The translations under genes and the position numbers were made by a program. Shown in pieces: positions 1 to 7,985 of a stretch of DNA of 53,037 nucleotides. Origin of the DNA: a virus (lineage: Duplodnaviria > Caudoviricetes); IMG/VR virus record IMGVR_UViG_3300011338_000290, positions 1 through 53,037 of that record; one strand, given 5' to 3'. Position 1 is the stretch's first letter. Each line of letters starts with the position of its first letter. Below the pieces are notes generated by a model. That model worked only from the letters and a program-made list of their open reading frames with translations. It had not been told where the DNA came from and searched no databases.

Positions 1-1
1 C

Positions 2-163
2 GAGCCTATTCCGTTTGCGGGCATAATAGCCATTGATGACCAAGAAGATTTAGAACAAATGTTACGACACCAGTTGCATATCGTTACTGAGCAATTAGCT
101 ACGGTACAAGCCGAGTGCCAACGACTACGAAATAAACTAAGAGAGGCGGGTATAAATGACTGA
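2..163 (+). CDS. Hypothetical protein, 5'-truncated by window edge
   Basis: Open frame EPIPFAG...LREAGIND* read manually; overlaps the next start by 8 nt. Confidence 0.6.
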   Translation, partial: EPIPFAGIIAIDDQEDLEQMLRHQLHIVTEQLATVQAECQRLRNKLREAGIND

Positions 164-365
164 AGAAGATAAAGGCATGCTACGTGATATATTTGCGGGC
201 TTGGCTATGAACGGATGGATTATTAACGGGGATTATTCTAAAGAAGAAATACCCCAAATGGCATATATCATGGCTGATGCCATGATGGAAACTAGAGATA
301 AAGGAGAAGAACTTGGAATTGCAGCAGTTAAACCTAGAAAGCGATATCTTAGAAAAGGTACTTGA
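156..365 (+). CDS. Conserved small phage protein
   Basis: LRDIFAGLAM...AYIMADAMM pattern common in phage hypotheticals; GAGG upstream. Confidence 0.7.
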   Translation: MTEEDKGMLRDIFAGLAMNGWIINGDYSKEEIPQMAYIMADAMMETRDKGEELGIAAVKPRKRYLRKGT

Positions 366-525
366 TCGTGGAAAGAAATATTGCTCGAGCTGTACTAGTT
401 ATAAGCCTGATATTGGTGGTCAAGTGCTTGTTGTTGGTAGTCGGCATAGACCAATTCGACGATGGAAGTGTGCTCACTGCCTAGCAAAGATTTCACAAGC
501 TAAATACTCATCAAAGAAAAAATAA
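313..525 (+). CDS. Small putative zinc-finger protein
   Basis: CSSC...CAHC pairs; TTG start preceded by AGGAG. Confidence 0.6.
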   Translation: MELQQLNLESDILEKVLDRGKKYCSSCTSYKPDIGGQVLVVGSRHRPIRRWKCAHCLAKISQAKYSSKKK

Positions 526-526
526 T

Positions 527-1198
527 ATGCCAGCATGGTCATACAGTAGTTTAAAAACATTTCAACAATGCCCGAAGAAGTATTACCATCTTAAGGTAGC
601 CAAGGATGTAAAGGATGATGGTAGTGAAGCTACTGTGTATGGCAAAGAGCTACATAAAGTTGCTGAGGACTACATCAAAGATGGCACACCCATCCCCCCA
701 CAGTTTGCGTTTATTCAAGATACAGTAGATGCGCTTAAGAGAATACCAGGTGAAAAGCATACTGAAATTGAACTAGGTGTATCTAATAAAGGTGGCAGAC
801 TTAATCCTTGTGGGTTCTACGATAAAGATGCGTGGTATCGGGGTATTGCTGACTTGCTGATTGTTAATGGCGACGAAGGCTACCTAGTGGATTACAAGAG
901 CAGTAAGAATGCAAAGTACGCTGACTTAAAACAGTTGGATTTACTAGCGGGTGCGGTATTTGCTCATTTCCCAGAACTTAAAACGCTTAAGTCTGCTTTG
1001 ATATTTGTAGTTAGTAATGAGTTTGTAAACAAAGAACACAGTTCAATGCACAAGATGGCTTACTTTGAGCATGTGCGATTTGATTTAGAACGGCTTGAAA
1101 CAGCCCTAAAAACGGGTGTATGGAACGCAGTAGCGGGTCCGTTGTGTGGGTGGTGTCCCGTCAAGACTTGTCATAATTATAGGGAGAGACGCAAATGA
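527..1198 (+). CDS. PD-(D/E)XK exonuclease, Cas4/RecB-like
   Basis: N-terminal SYSSL..FQQCP, GIADLL...VDYKS catalytic motifs, C-terminal CGWC..C (four-Cys Fe-S pattern). Confidence 0.85.
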   Translation: MPAWSYSSLKTFQQCPKKYYHLKVAKDVKDDGSEATVYGKELHKVAEDYIKDGTPIPPQFAFIQDTVDALKRIPGEKHTEIELGVSNKGGRLNPCGFYDKDAWYRGIADLLIVNGDEGYLVDYKSSKNAKYADLKQLDLLAGAVFAHFPELKTLKSALIFVVSNEFVNKEHSSMHKMAYFEHVRFDLERLETALKTGVWNAVAGPLCGWCPVKTCHNYRERRK

Positions 1199-1608
1199 GC
1201 TTCAGTAAAGGAGTTACAAAAGAAAAAGGAAAACAAACCCCAAAAGACGCTTGGGATTACATTAGGGGCGAACATGAAATATGCCATTGCTCTTACCCTA
1301 GTTGTCGTAATAGAAAAATAACTAGAGACCAAGATGCTGTGTCTTGGGACATAGTGCATATAGCAAAAGATCAATTTGAATTTAACTTATCCCCATTAGC
1401 AAAACTAGCAGTAGTTGCTAACCCAAAAATTACGGATAGGGGTGAAGAATGGGGAGATTATTTTGTTACTTTATCTATGCATGCGGAATGCGCTGCAGAA
1501 TGGGGTATGCACTTGATTAAAGACGCCCTTGAGAGCCATAATGTAGGGACTAAACTTCGTAAGGAAAAACCTCAAAATGCCATACGTGAACAAACCAAGA
1601 CCATATAA
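1195..1608 (+). CDS. Hypothetical protein, possibly metal-binding
   Basis: ATGA overlap with previous gene; CSYPSC and HAEC motifs. Confidence 0.6.
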   Translation: MSFSKGVTKEKGKQTPKDAWDYIRGEHEICHCSYPSCRNRKITRDQDAVSWDIVHIAKDQFEFNLSPLAKLAVVANPKITDRGEEWGDYFVTLSMHAECAAEWGMHLIKDALESHNVGTKLRKEKPQNAIREQTKTI

Positions 1609-1861
1609 AAAAGAATACGAACAGTATCAGGGTAAACCCGAACAAATAAAGAATAGGGCTAAACGTAACACAGCCCGTGCGGAGCTAATGAAAGAAGGAA
1701 AGGTACACAAGGGTGATGGAAAAGACGTCGATCATGCAAAACCTCTCAGCAAGGGGGGAACAAGTGCTAGGGGTAATCTCAAGGTTAAACCCGCTAGCAA
1801 GAACAGATCATTCAGTAGGAACTCAGACCACTCCGTCAAACGGAATGCAAGCAAGAAATAG
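1577..1861 (+). CDS. Small HNH-type endonuclease
   Basis: DVDHAKPLSKGG...GNL...N motif. Confidence 0.75.
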   Translation: MPYVNKPRPYKKEYEQYQGKPEQIKNRAKRNTARAELMKEGKVHKGDGKDVDHAKPLSKGGTSARGNLKVKPASKNRSFSRNSDHSVKRNASKK

Positions 1862-3239
1862 CATCCTAACGGATTACAACTGGCCTGGTAAACATAAGCC
1901 TTTTGCACACCAAAAGCAAACTTCTGAGTTCTTAACGCTTAACCGCAAGGCTTTCTGCTTTAACGAGCAGGGCACAGGTAAAACGGCTAGCGTAATATGG
2001 GCAGCTGACTACCTATTGAACCTAGGCGTTATCCGTCGTGTGCTTGTAATTTGCCCCTTATCTATTATGAGGTCGGCATGGCAACAGGACTTATTTAAGT
2101 TTGCGATTCACCGCACATGCGATATAGCCCATGGTAGCCCAGTACAACGCAAAAAAATACTTGCCAACAATGCTGAGTTTGTCATTATTAACTTTGATGG
2201 GGTAGACATCGTCAAAGAAGAAGTCCTAAAAGGTGGGTTTGACCTAATCGTAGTAGATGAGGCAAGTGCCTACAAAAATGCACAAACAACCCGTTGGAAG
2301 ACGCTCAGAGACATAGCCGCCCAAGTTAAGGGTATGTGGATGCTTACTGGTACTCCAGCAGCACAATCCCCCGTAGACGCATTTGGCCTCGCTAAGCTTA
2401 TTAATCCTAATAACACCCCTAAATTTTATGGTCAGTTCCGTGACCAAGTTATGTTCAAGGTAGGTACTTATCGTTGGATACCAAAACCCCAAGCCCAATC
2501 CGTTGTACATAAAGTGTTACAACCTGCTATTCGGTTTGAGAAAGATCAATGCCTAGACCTACCTGATGTAACTTTTGTAGAACGGGATGCCCCGCTTACC
2601 CCCCAGCAAATAAAGTATTACAAAATACTCAAACAACAAATGTTGATACATGCAGATGGAGAGCAAGTTACTTCAGTAAACGCAGCTACCAACATCAACA
2701 AGCTACTGCAGATCTCTGGCGGTGCGGTATATACCGATACTAAAGAAGTCATACAGTTTGACGTATCCAACCGCTTACGGGTTATTGAAGAGGTTATTAA
2801 CGAAGCTTCACATAAGGTCCTGGTGTTTGTTCCATTTACTCATACTATAGAACTACTAAGAACTTATTTAACCGCAGCTAATATTACTTGTGAAGTCATT
2901 AATGGGCAAGTGCCTGTAAATAAAAGGCACGACATAATCAAAGACTTCCAAGAGACCGATAACACTAGGGTCTTGATAATACAACCCCAAGCAGCATCTC
3001 ACGGGTTAACACTAACAGCTGCTAATGTAATCATTTGGTATGCTCCTGTGACTAGCGTGGAAACATACTTGCAAGCTAATGCACGTATTAACCGCCCGGG
3101 GCAGAAGAACCCCATGACCATTGTGCATATCAAAGGAAGTGAAGTAGAAGCAAAGCTATACAGAATGTTACAAAATAATATAGATAGCCACACAAAAATA
3201 ATTGACTTATATAGACAAGAAATTGAAGATATAGCTTGA
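1845..3239 (+). CDS. SNF2-family (SF2) helicase
   Basis: EQGTGKT Walker A, DEAS, LTGTP, HGLTLT, QANARINRPGQ; start moved from 1713 to ATG 1845 to avoid a long overlap with the HNH gene. Confidence 0.9.
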   Translation: MQARNSILTDYNWPGKHKPFAHQKQTSEFLTLNRKAFCFNEQGTGKTASVIWAADYLLNLGVIRRVLVICPLSIMRSAWQQDLFKFAIHRTCDIAHGSPVQRKKILANNAEFVIINFDGVDIVKEEVLKGGFDLIVVDEASAYKNAQTTRWKTLRDIAAQVKGMWMLTGTPAAQSPVDAFGLAKLINPNNTPKFYGQFRDQVMFKVGTYRWIPKPQAQSVVHKVLQPAIRFEKDQCLDLPDVTFVERDAPLTPQQIKYYKILKQQMLIHADGEQVTSVNAATNINKLLQISGGAVYTDTKEVIQFDVSNRLRVIEEVINEASHKVLVFVPFTHTIELLRTYLTAANITCEVINGQVPVNKRHDIIKDFQETDNTRVLIIQPQAASHGLTLTAANVIIWYAPVTSVETYLQANARINRPGQKNPMTIVHIKGSEVEAKLYRMLQNNIDSHTKIIDLYRQEIEDIA

Positions 3240-3263
3240 CATTGTCAAAGTCATTGGTATACT
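3236..3263 (+). promoter_or_regulatory. Sigma70-type promoter with palindrome over the -35
   Basis: TTGACA-16-TATACT with TGn extended -10; TTGACATTGTCAA palindrome at 3236-3248. Confidence 0.75.
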
Positions 3264-3291
3264 AGTGGTTCGTAGTTAGAAGGAGCTAAAA

Positions 3292-3699
3292 ATGAGTGAT
3301 GTAGAAGTTATAGCAACAGACAAGCTTGCCGAGATTTATATAAAGATTAGAGACAAGCGAGCTGAGCTAAAGGAGAAGTTCGAGCAACAAGATGAAGAGC
3401 TCAAGGCTCAACAAGACTTGCTTGCAGAAAAAATGCTTGACGTATGTCGTGATAACAATGCTGACAGCATCAAGACACCAGCAGGGACAATTATTCGTAA
3501 AGTGGATACACGGTACTGGACGACTGATTGGGATTCTATGTATCAGTTCATACAAGAACATGATGCCTACCCCCTGCTCGAGAAAAGATTGCATCAAACC
3601 AATCTTAAGCAGTTTCTCGAAGAGAATCCAAATCTGTTACCTGCTGGTTTACAAGCAGACAGTAAATACACCGTGGTCGTTAGAAGGAGCAAAGCATGA
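3292..3699 (+). CDS. Conserved phage replication-module protein (coiled-coil N-terminus)
   Basis: Strong RBS GAAGGAG; coiled coil followed by KTPAGT...DWDSMYQFI...LLEKR pattern. Confidence 0.7.
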   Translation: MSDVEVIATDKLAEIYIKIRDKRAELKEKFEQQDEELKAQQDLLAEKMLDVCRDNNADSIKTPAGTIIRKVDTRYWTTDWDSMYQFIQEHDAYPLLEKRLHQTNLKQFLEENPNLLPAGLQADSKYTVVVRRSKA

Positions 3700-4571
3700 G
3701 TAATATTTCTATTTTTCAGCAACAAAACTCAGTAGCAACTAATCGTGAGGTTAGTGAATTATCTAAAGCCCTAGCGGATAGTGGGGGCGGTACTAGTCGT
3801 CGTATCACCATGGCTAAGGGTGTATTTCGTAGGATCGTAAACGGCAAAGAAGCTGGTAAGGTTAAAGATGGTTTCCTAAATGTCATCATTATTAATGCAC
3901 TACCAAAAGTATCTCGTCAGTTCTACGCTACTGCGTTTGACCCTGATGCAGCCCCAACTCTACCTGACTGCTGGTCTAATTTAGGTGATGTACCTGATCC
4001 CAAAGCCGCTAACGCTCAGTCCACAAGTTGCGCTACCTGCCCACAAAACATTGATGGTTCTGGTACTAATGGCAAAGGTCGTGCATGCCGATTCAATCGT
4101 CGTATTGCCTTGTTGCTTGAAAACGATATGAGTGGTGACATCTACCAATTTAATATTCCTGCCAAGTCTTTATTTGGTAAGGGTGTTGGTAATACGCATC
4201 CGTTTGAGAGTTACACTAAGTTTTTGCCAGCCAATGGCGAGAGCATTGATCGCATCATTACTCAGATTAGCTTTGATGAGAATGAGACCGCTGATGTGCT
4301 GAAGTTTACCCCCGTGCGTCATTTGACCGACGAAGAGATTGATGTAGTCGAAGCAGCTCAAGCTACTCAAGAGTCCAAGCGGGTTATTCAGTTGACTGTA
4401 GCTCAGCAAGACGGTGTTGTTAAGTTGCCACCAGCAGCTAAAGCAGTTCCTGAAGCCGAGGCTGAAGTAGTTGAAGAGCCTGTTGTTAAACGAGCTAAGA
4501 AAGCTGAAGTGCCTCCCGCTGCACCTAAAGCAAAGTTAGCAGATGTCGTTAACGCTTGGTCGGATAACTAA
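3696..4571 (+). CDS. Putative ssDNA-binding/annealing protein with Cys cluster
   Basis: PDCWS..CATCPQN..GRACR motif, Ala/Pro/Lys-rich flexible tail, position in replication module. Confidence 0.55.
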   Translation: MSNISIFQQQNSVATNREVSELSKALADSGGGTSRRITMAKGVFRRIVNGKEAGKVKDGFLNVIIINALPKVSRQFYATAFDPDAAPTLPDCWSNLGDVPDPKAANAQSTSCATCPQNIDGSGTNGKGRACRFNRRIALLLENDMSGDIYQFNIPAKSLFGKGVGNTHPFESYTKFLPANGESIDRIITQISFDENETADVLKFTPVRHLTDEEIDVVEAAQATQESKRVIQLTVAQQDGVVKLPPAAKAVPEAEAEVVEEPVVKRAKKAEVPPAAPKAKLADVVNAWSDN

Positions 4572-4573
4572 TA

Positions 4574-4810
4574 ATGAGCTACGGCTATAGTGCTAAAACT
4601 ATAGAGCTTAACAAGAAAGCTGGTAATACTAGGCTTGGGGTTGCGCTGGGTAGAGCTGCAATAAAAAAGGGTGTATCGGTTGCTGATATAGCAGAGATGT
4701 TAAATGTTAGTCGGCAGACGGTATACAACTGGTTTATTGGGGCATACGATCCTAAGCCGGAGCTATCTAAAAGTATCACCAAGCTTATAGCTAATAGACT
4801 TAGTAAGTAA
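4574..4810 (+). CDS. Cro/CI-type helix-turn-helix DNA-binding protein
   Basis: SVADIAEMLNVSRQTVYNWFIG HTH. Confidence 0.85.
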   Translation: MSYGYSAKTIELNKKAGNTRLGVALGRAAIKKGVSVADIAEMLNVSRQTVYNWFIGAYDPKPELSKSITKLIANRLSK

Positions 4811-4832
4811 TAAAAAGCATCACCGGAAGGTG

Positions 4833-4857
4833 AGGGGGGATTAGTCCCCCCTTTTTT
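4833..4857 (+). terminator. Rho-independent terminator
   Basis: AGGGGGGA-TTAG-TCCCCCCT then T-tract. Confidence 0.75.
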
Positions 4858-4878
4858 CCCCCTAACAACGAGACGAGA

Positions 4879-7719
4879 ATGGCAAATATAGACCTACTAA
4901 ACAGAGTGCAAAGCCCCAATGGGTGGCTGACCGTGCTCGGCTTAAAAGGTAAATCTGCTATACAAGAGCTTGTTCAAACACGAGAAGAATTCGATAAGCA
5001 CGTAGAAGACTTTCTGTCTAAGGGCAGAGATGTTTATTTTGGTGTCGCTAAGTTTGAGACCGACTTAAACCGCAAGAAAGAGAATGTAAAAGACCTCAAA
5101 GCATTTTGGCTTGACTTGGATTGTGGTGAAGCAAAAGCAGAAGTAAATCCAAAAACAAACCGCCCCGATGGTTATATTGACCAAGTAGCAGGTCTTCAAG
5201 CTCTACAAGATTTCTGCAAATTAATCGGATTACCCAAGCCTTTACTTGTTAATTCAGGTAGGGGCATCCATGCGTACTGGCCTCTTACTAAACCTATTAC
5301 TCGGGAAGAATGGGAACCAGTTGCTAATCGTTTGAACGAACTATGCGTATTGCATAACCTTTATGTCGATGCAAGTGTATTTGAGATAGCCCGAGTGCTT
5401 AGAGTGCCCGGAACATTAAACTTTAAAGATAATCCACCTAAACCAGTAGAAGTAATTTCAGATGCACCCGATGTAGATTACGAGGCATTTAAGAACCTTT
5501 TGGGTGTTAAAGAAGCACCAAAGAAACCTACTGCACCCAAAGAGTTAAGTGAGTTACAAAAAGCCATGGCTGCTAATACCGTATCTCGGTTTAGCAAAAT
5601 TATGATTCGCAGTGCAAATGGCGAAGGGTGCGCACAATTACTGTATCAGTATCAAAATCAAGAGTCTGTATCCGAACCTATGTGGTTCAATGCGTTATCC
5701 ATTGCACACCGATGCGTGGACAGAGAGACTGCAATCCATAAGATTTCAGAGAATCACCCTGAATATTCACCCGAGAATACGGAGGAAAAAGCAAGCCATA
5801 CAGCGTTTGCTCAGCGTTGCAGTACGTTTGAGAAAAATAACCCAGGTGGTTGTGAAGGTTGCCAATGGAAGGGACGCATCGGTTCTCCTATTGCATTAGG
5901 CAGAGAAATAGTTAAAGCAGAAGATACAGAAGTCCACGACACACAAGAGATAGAAGATGCGGTTACATACAAAATACCTTCTTTCCCGTTCCCATACTTC
6001 CGTGGGAAGAACGGTGGCATCTACATCACTATTAAAGATGAAGAGGAATCAGAACCAATTTGTGTATACGAACACGATTTGTATGTTGTAAAGCGTATGC
6101 ACGATCCAGACCCTGCGGTTGGAGAACTTGTATTACTACGTTTGCATTTACCTAAAGACGGTGTGCGGGAGTTTACGATTCCGCTTTCTACCGTAGCAGT
6201 AAAAGAAAGATTACGTGAAGCGTTGTCAACAAAAGGCGTCGCTGGGATGCCAAAGCAGATGGATCAGTTGATGGCGTTTTTAATGTTATTTATTAAAGAG
6301 TTGCAATATAAAGGAAGGGCAGAATTAATGAGGACACAATTTGGCTGGGTGGATAAGAACAGCAAGTTTATTATTGGCGATAGAGAGATTAGCAAAGACG
6401 GCACATTCCACAGCCCACCTTCTGCAAACACAAGGCAGTTCACCGAAGTTATGCACCCCATGGGTACGCTAGAGAAATGGAAGGAAGTGTTTAATCTGTA
6501 TGGCGCCCCTGGATTAGAACCCCATGCGTTTGCTGCGCTTACTGCGTTTGGCGCGCCGCTTCTTAAGTTTACTGGTCATAGCGGAGCAATCATAAACCTG
6601 ATTCACAAAGAGTCAGGCACAGGTAAATCTACTGCTTTGTATATGTGTAATAGCGTGTACGGACACCCTGATAGGCTAGCTGGAATTTGGAAAGACACCC
6701 TAGCCGCCAAGATGTTGCATATAGGCATTATGAATAACCTGCCGTTTACGATTGATGAGATTACCAACATTAGCCCTGCCGAGTTTTCTACGCTGGCTTA
6801 TAGCATGTCACAAGGTCGTGGTGCTAATAGGTCTAGGTCAGATAAAAACGAGATGCGTATTAACAACACCACTTGGCAGACCATATCGTTGGCTAGTTCA
6901 AACGCTAGTTTCTACGAGAAGTTAGGGGTGCACAAGAACAGTCCGGATGGTGAGAGCATGCGCCTATTAGAGTATCAGATACATCCAAGCAATATTATCC
7001 CTGTACATGTGGCTAAGGAGATGTTCGACCACCAACTTAAAGAAAATTATGGGCATGCTGGGGACATCTATTGCAGTTACTTAGTTAATAACTTAGAAGA
7101 TACGGTCAGCAACTTGTTGGCTATCCAGCAGAAGATTGATAAAGAGATGCGCCTAACCAGCAAAGAGCGTTTTTGGTCTGCTGCTATTGCTTGTAATATT
7201 ACAGGCGGTTTGGTTGCCCGTATGCTTGGGTTGCATGACTACGATATGAAGGCTATTTATGCTTGGTCTATGCAGATGCTTTCCACAGTACGGCAAGACA
7301 TCGCACCTCCAGCTAATAACGCCGCAGCTATTATTGGTGACTACATTAACCGTAATATTCAAAATATGTTGGTTGTAAACAACGAAGTAGACAAGCGTAC
7401 TAATATGCACTCGGCACCCGTACAGGAGCCAAGAGGCGAGCTAAGGATACGCTACGAACCCGATACTAAGATGATGTACATCGTAGCCAAAGACTTTAAA
7501 AAGGATTGTGTGGAGTCACAAGCCCCATACAAAGAGACTCTTAACGAGCTAAAAGCTCGAGGTGTTTACACAAAAGCCGATACTAAGCAGATGTCCAAAG
7601 GCATGCGTGTTACATCTCCGGGGGTGCATGCATTGTTTTTTGACTGCTCTGTGCCTGATTTTATTGACATGGATGCGGTCGTAGCGCCGATTATCGAAAA
7701 TGTTAGTAGAGAAGATTAG
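4879..7719 (+). CDS. Primase-helicase (AEP/RepB-like primase fused to DUF927-type helicase)
   Basis: WLDLDC, SGRGIHAYW, RVLRVPGT primase motifs; Cys cluster; ESGTGKST Walker A and TIDE Walker B. Confidence 0.85.
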   Translation: MANIDLLNRVQSPNGWLTVLGLKGKSAIQELVQTREEFDKHVEDFLSKGRDVYFGVAKFETDLNRKKENVKDLKAFWLDLDCGEAKAEVNPKTNRPDGYIDQVAGLQALQDFCKLIGLPKPLLVNSGRGIHAYWPLTKPITREEWEPVANRLNELCVLHNLYVDASVFEIARVLRVPGTLNFKDNPPKPVEVISDAPDVDYEAFKNLLGVKEAPKKPTAPKELSELQKAMAANTVSRFSKIMIRSANGEGCAQLLYQYQNQESVSEPMWFNALSIAHRCVDRETAIHKISENHPEYSPENTEEKASHTAFAQRCSTFEKNNPGGCEGCQWKGRIGSPIALGREIVKAEDTEVHDTQEIEDAVTYKIPSFPFPYFRGKNGGIYITIKDEEESEPICVYEHDLYVVKRMHDPDPAVGELVLLRLHLPKDGVREFTIPLSTVAVKERLREALSTKGVAGMPKQMDQLMAFLMLFIKELQYKGRAELMRTQFGWVDKNSKFIIGDREISKDGTFHSPPSANTRQFTEVMHPMGTLEKWKEVFNLYGAPGLEPHAFAALTAFGAPLLKFTGHSGAIINLIHKESGTGKSTALYMCNSVYGHPDRLAGIWKDTLAAKMLHIGIMNNLPFTIDEITNISPAEFSTLAYSMSQGRGANRSRSDKNEMRINNTTWQTISLASSNASFYEKLGVHKNSPDGESMRLLEYQIHPSNIIPVHVAKEMFDHQLKENYGHAGDIYCSYLVNNLEDTVSNLLAIQQKIDKEMRLTSKERFWSAAIACNITGGLVARMLGLHDYDMKAIYAWSMQMLSTVRQDIAPPANNAAAIIGDYINRNIQNMLVVNNEVDKRTNMHSAPVQEPRGELRIRYEPDTKMMYIVAKDFKKDCVESQAPYKETLNELKARGVYTKADTKQMSKGMRVTSPGVHALFFDCSVPDFIDMDAVVAPIIENVSRED

Positions 7720-7894
7720 TTATAACGTCAACTGGAAAAACTTTAAGACAGGGTATTCAATCTTCATACCTTGCCTTGATCCTGACGTTGCTAAGAAAGA
7801 CATTCTGCGTGTTACAAAAAGACTGAAGATGGAAGTTTTGTTTAAAGTAGTAATAGAAGAAGGTGTAAAAGGTTTACGCATCTGGAGAATTTAA
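7700..7894 (+). CDS. Small conserved phage protein
   Basis: SIFIPCLD...GLRIWRI pattern; overlaps end of primase gene. Confidence 0.7.
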   Translation: MLVEKISYNVNWKNFKTGYSIFIPCLDPDVAKKDILRVTKRLKMEVLFKVVIEEGVKGLRIWRI

Positions 7895-7901
7895 CTATAC
7901 T
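7873..7901 (+). promoter_or_regulatory. Putative sigma70 promoter for a small RNA
   Basis: TTTACG-17-TATACT. Confidence 0.55.
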
Positions 7902-7905
7902 CGAG

Positions 7906-7985
7906 CACAGAACAGCTCGTCTGTTTCTCCTCGGAAGTTAGCTCCTTCCACACTCTTTGCCCCCGCCTCGTGCGGGGGTTTTTTA
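7906..7985 (+). ncRNA. Candidate three-hairpin small regulatory RNA
   Basis: Lies between the promoter and terminator; no ORF; hairpins with CTCGT and TTAGCTC loops; two CTCCT anti-SD tracts. Confidence 0.45.
7959..7985 (+). terminator. Rho-independent terminator at the convergence of replication and late operons
   Basis: CCCCCGC-CTCGT-GCGGGGG then T-tract. Confidence 0.85.

Noticed and set aside
1713-1844. N-terminal extension of the helicase ORF
   Set aside because: Overlaps the HNH gene out of frame; the conserved-looking sequence begins after ATG 1845
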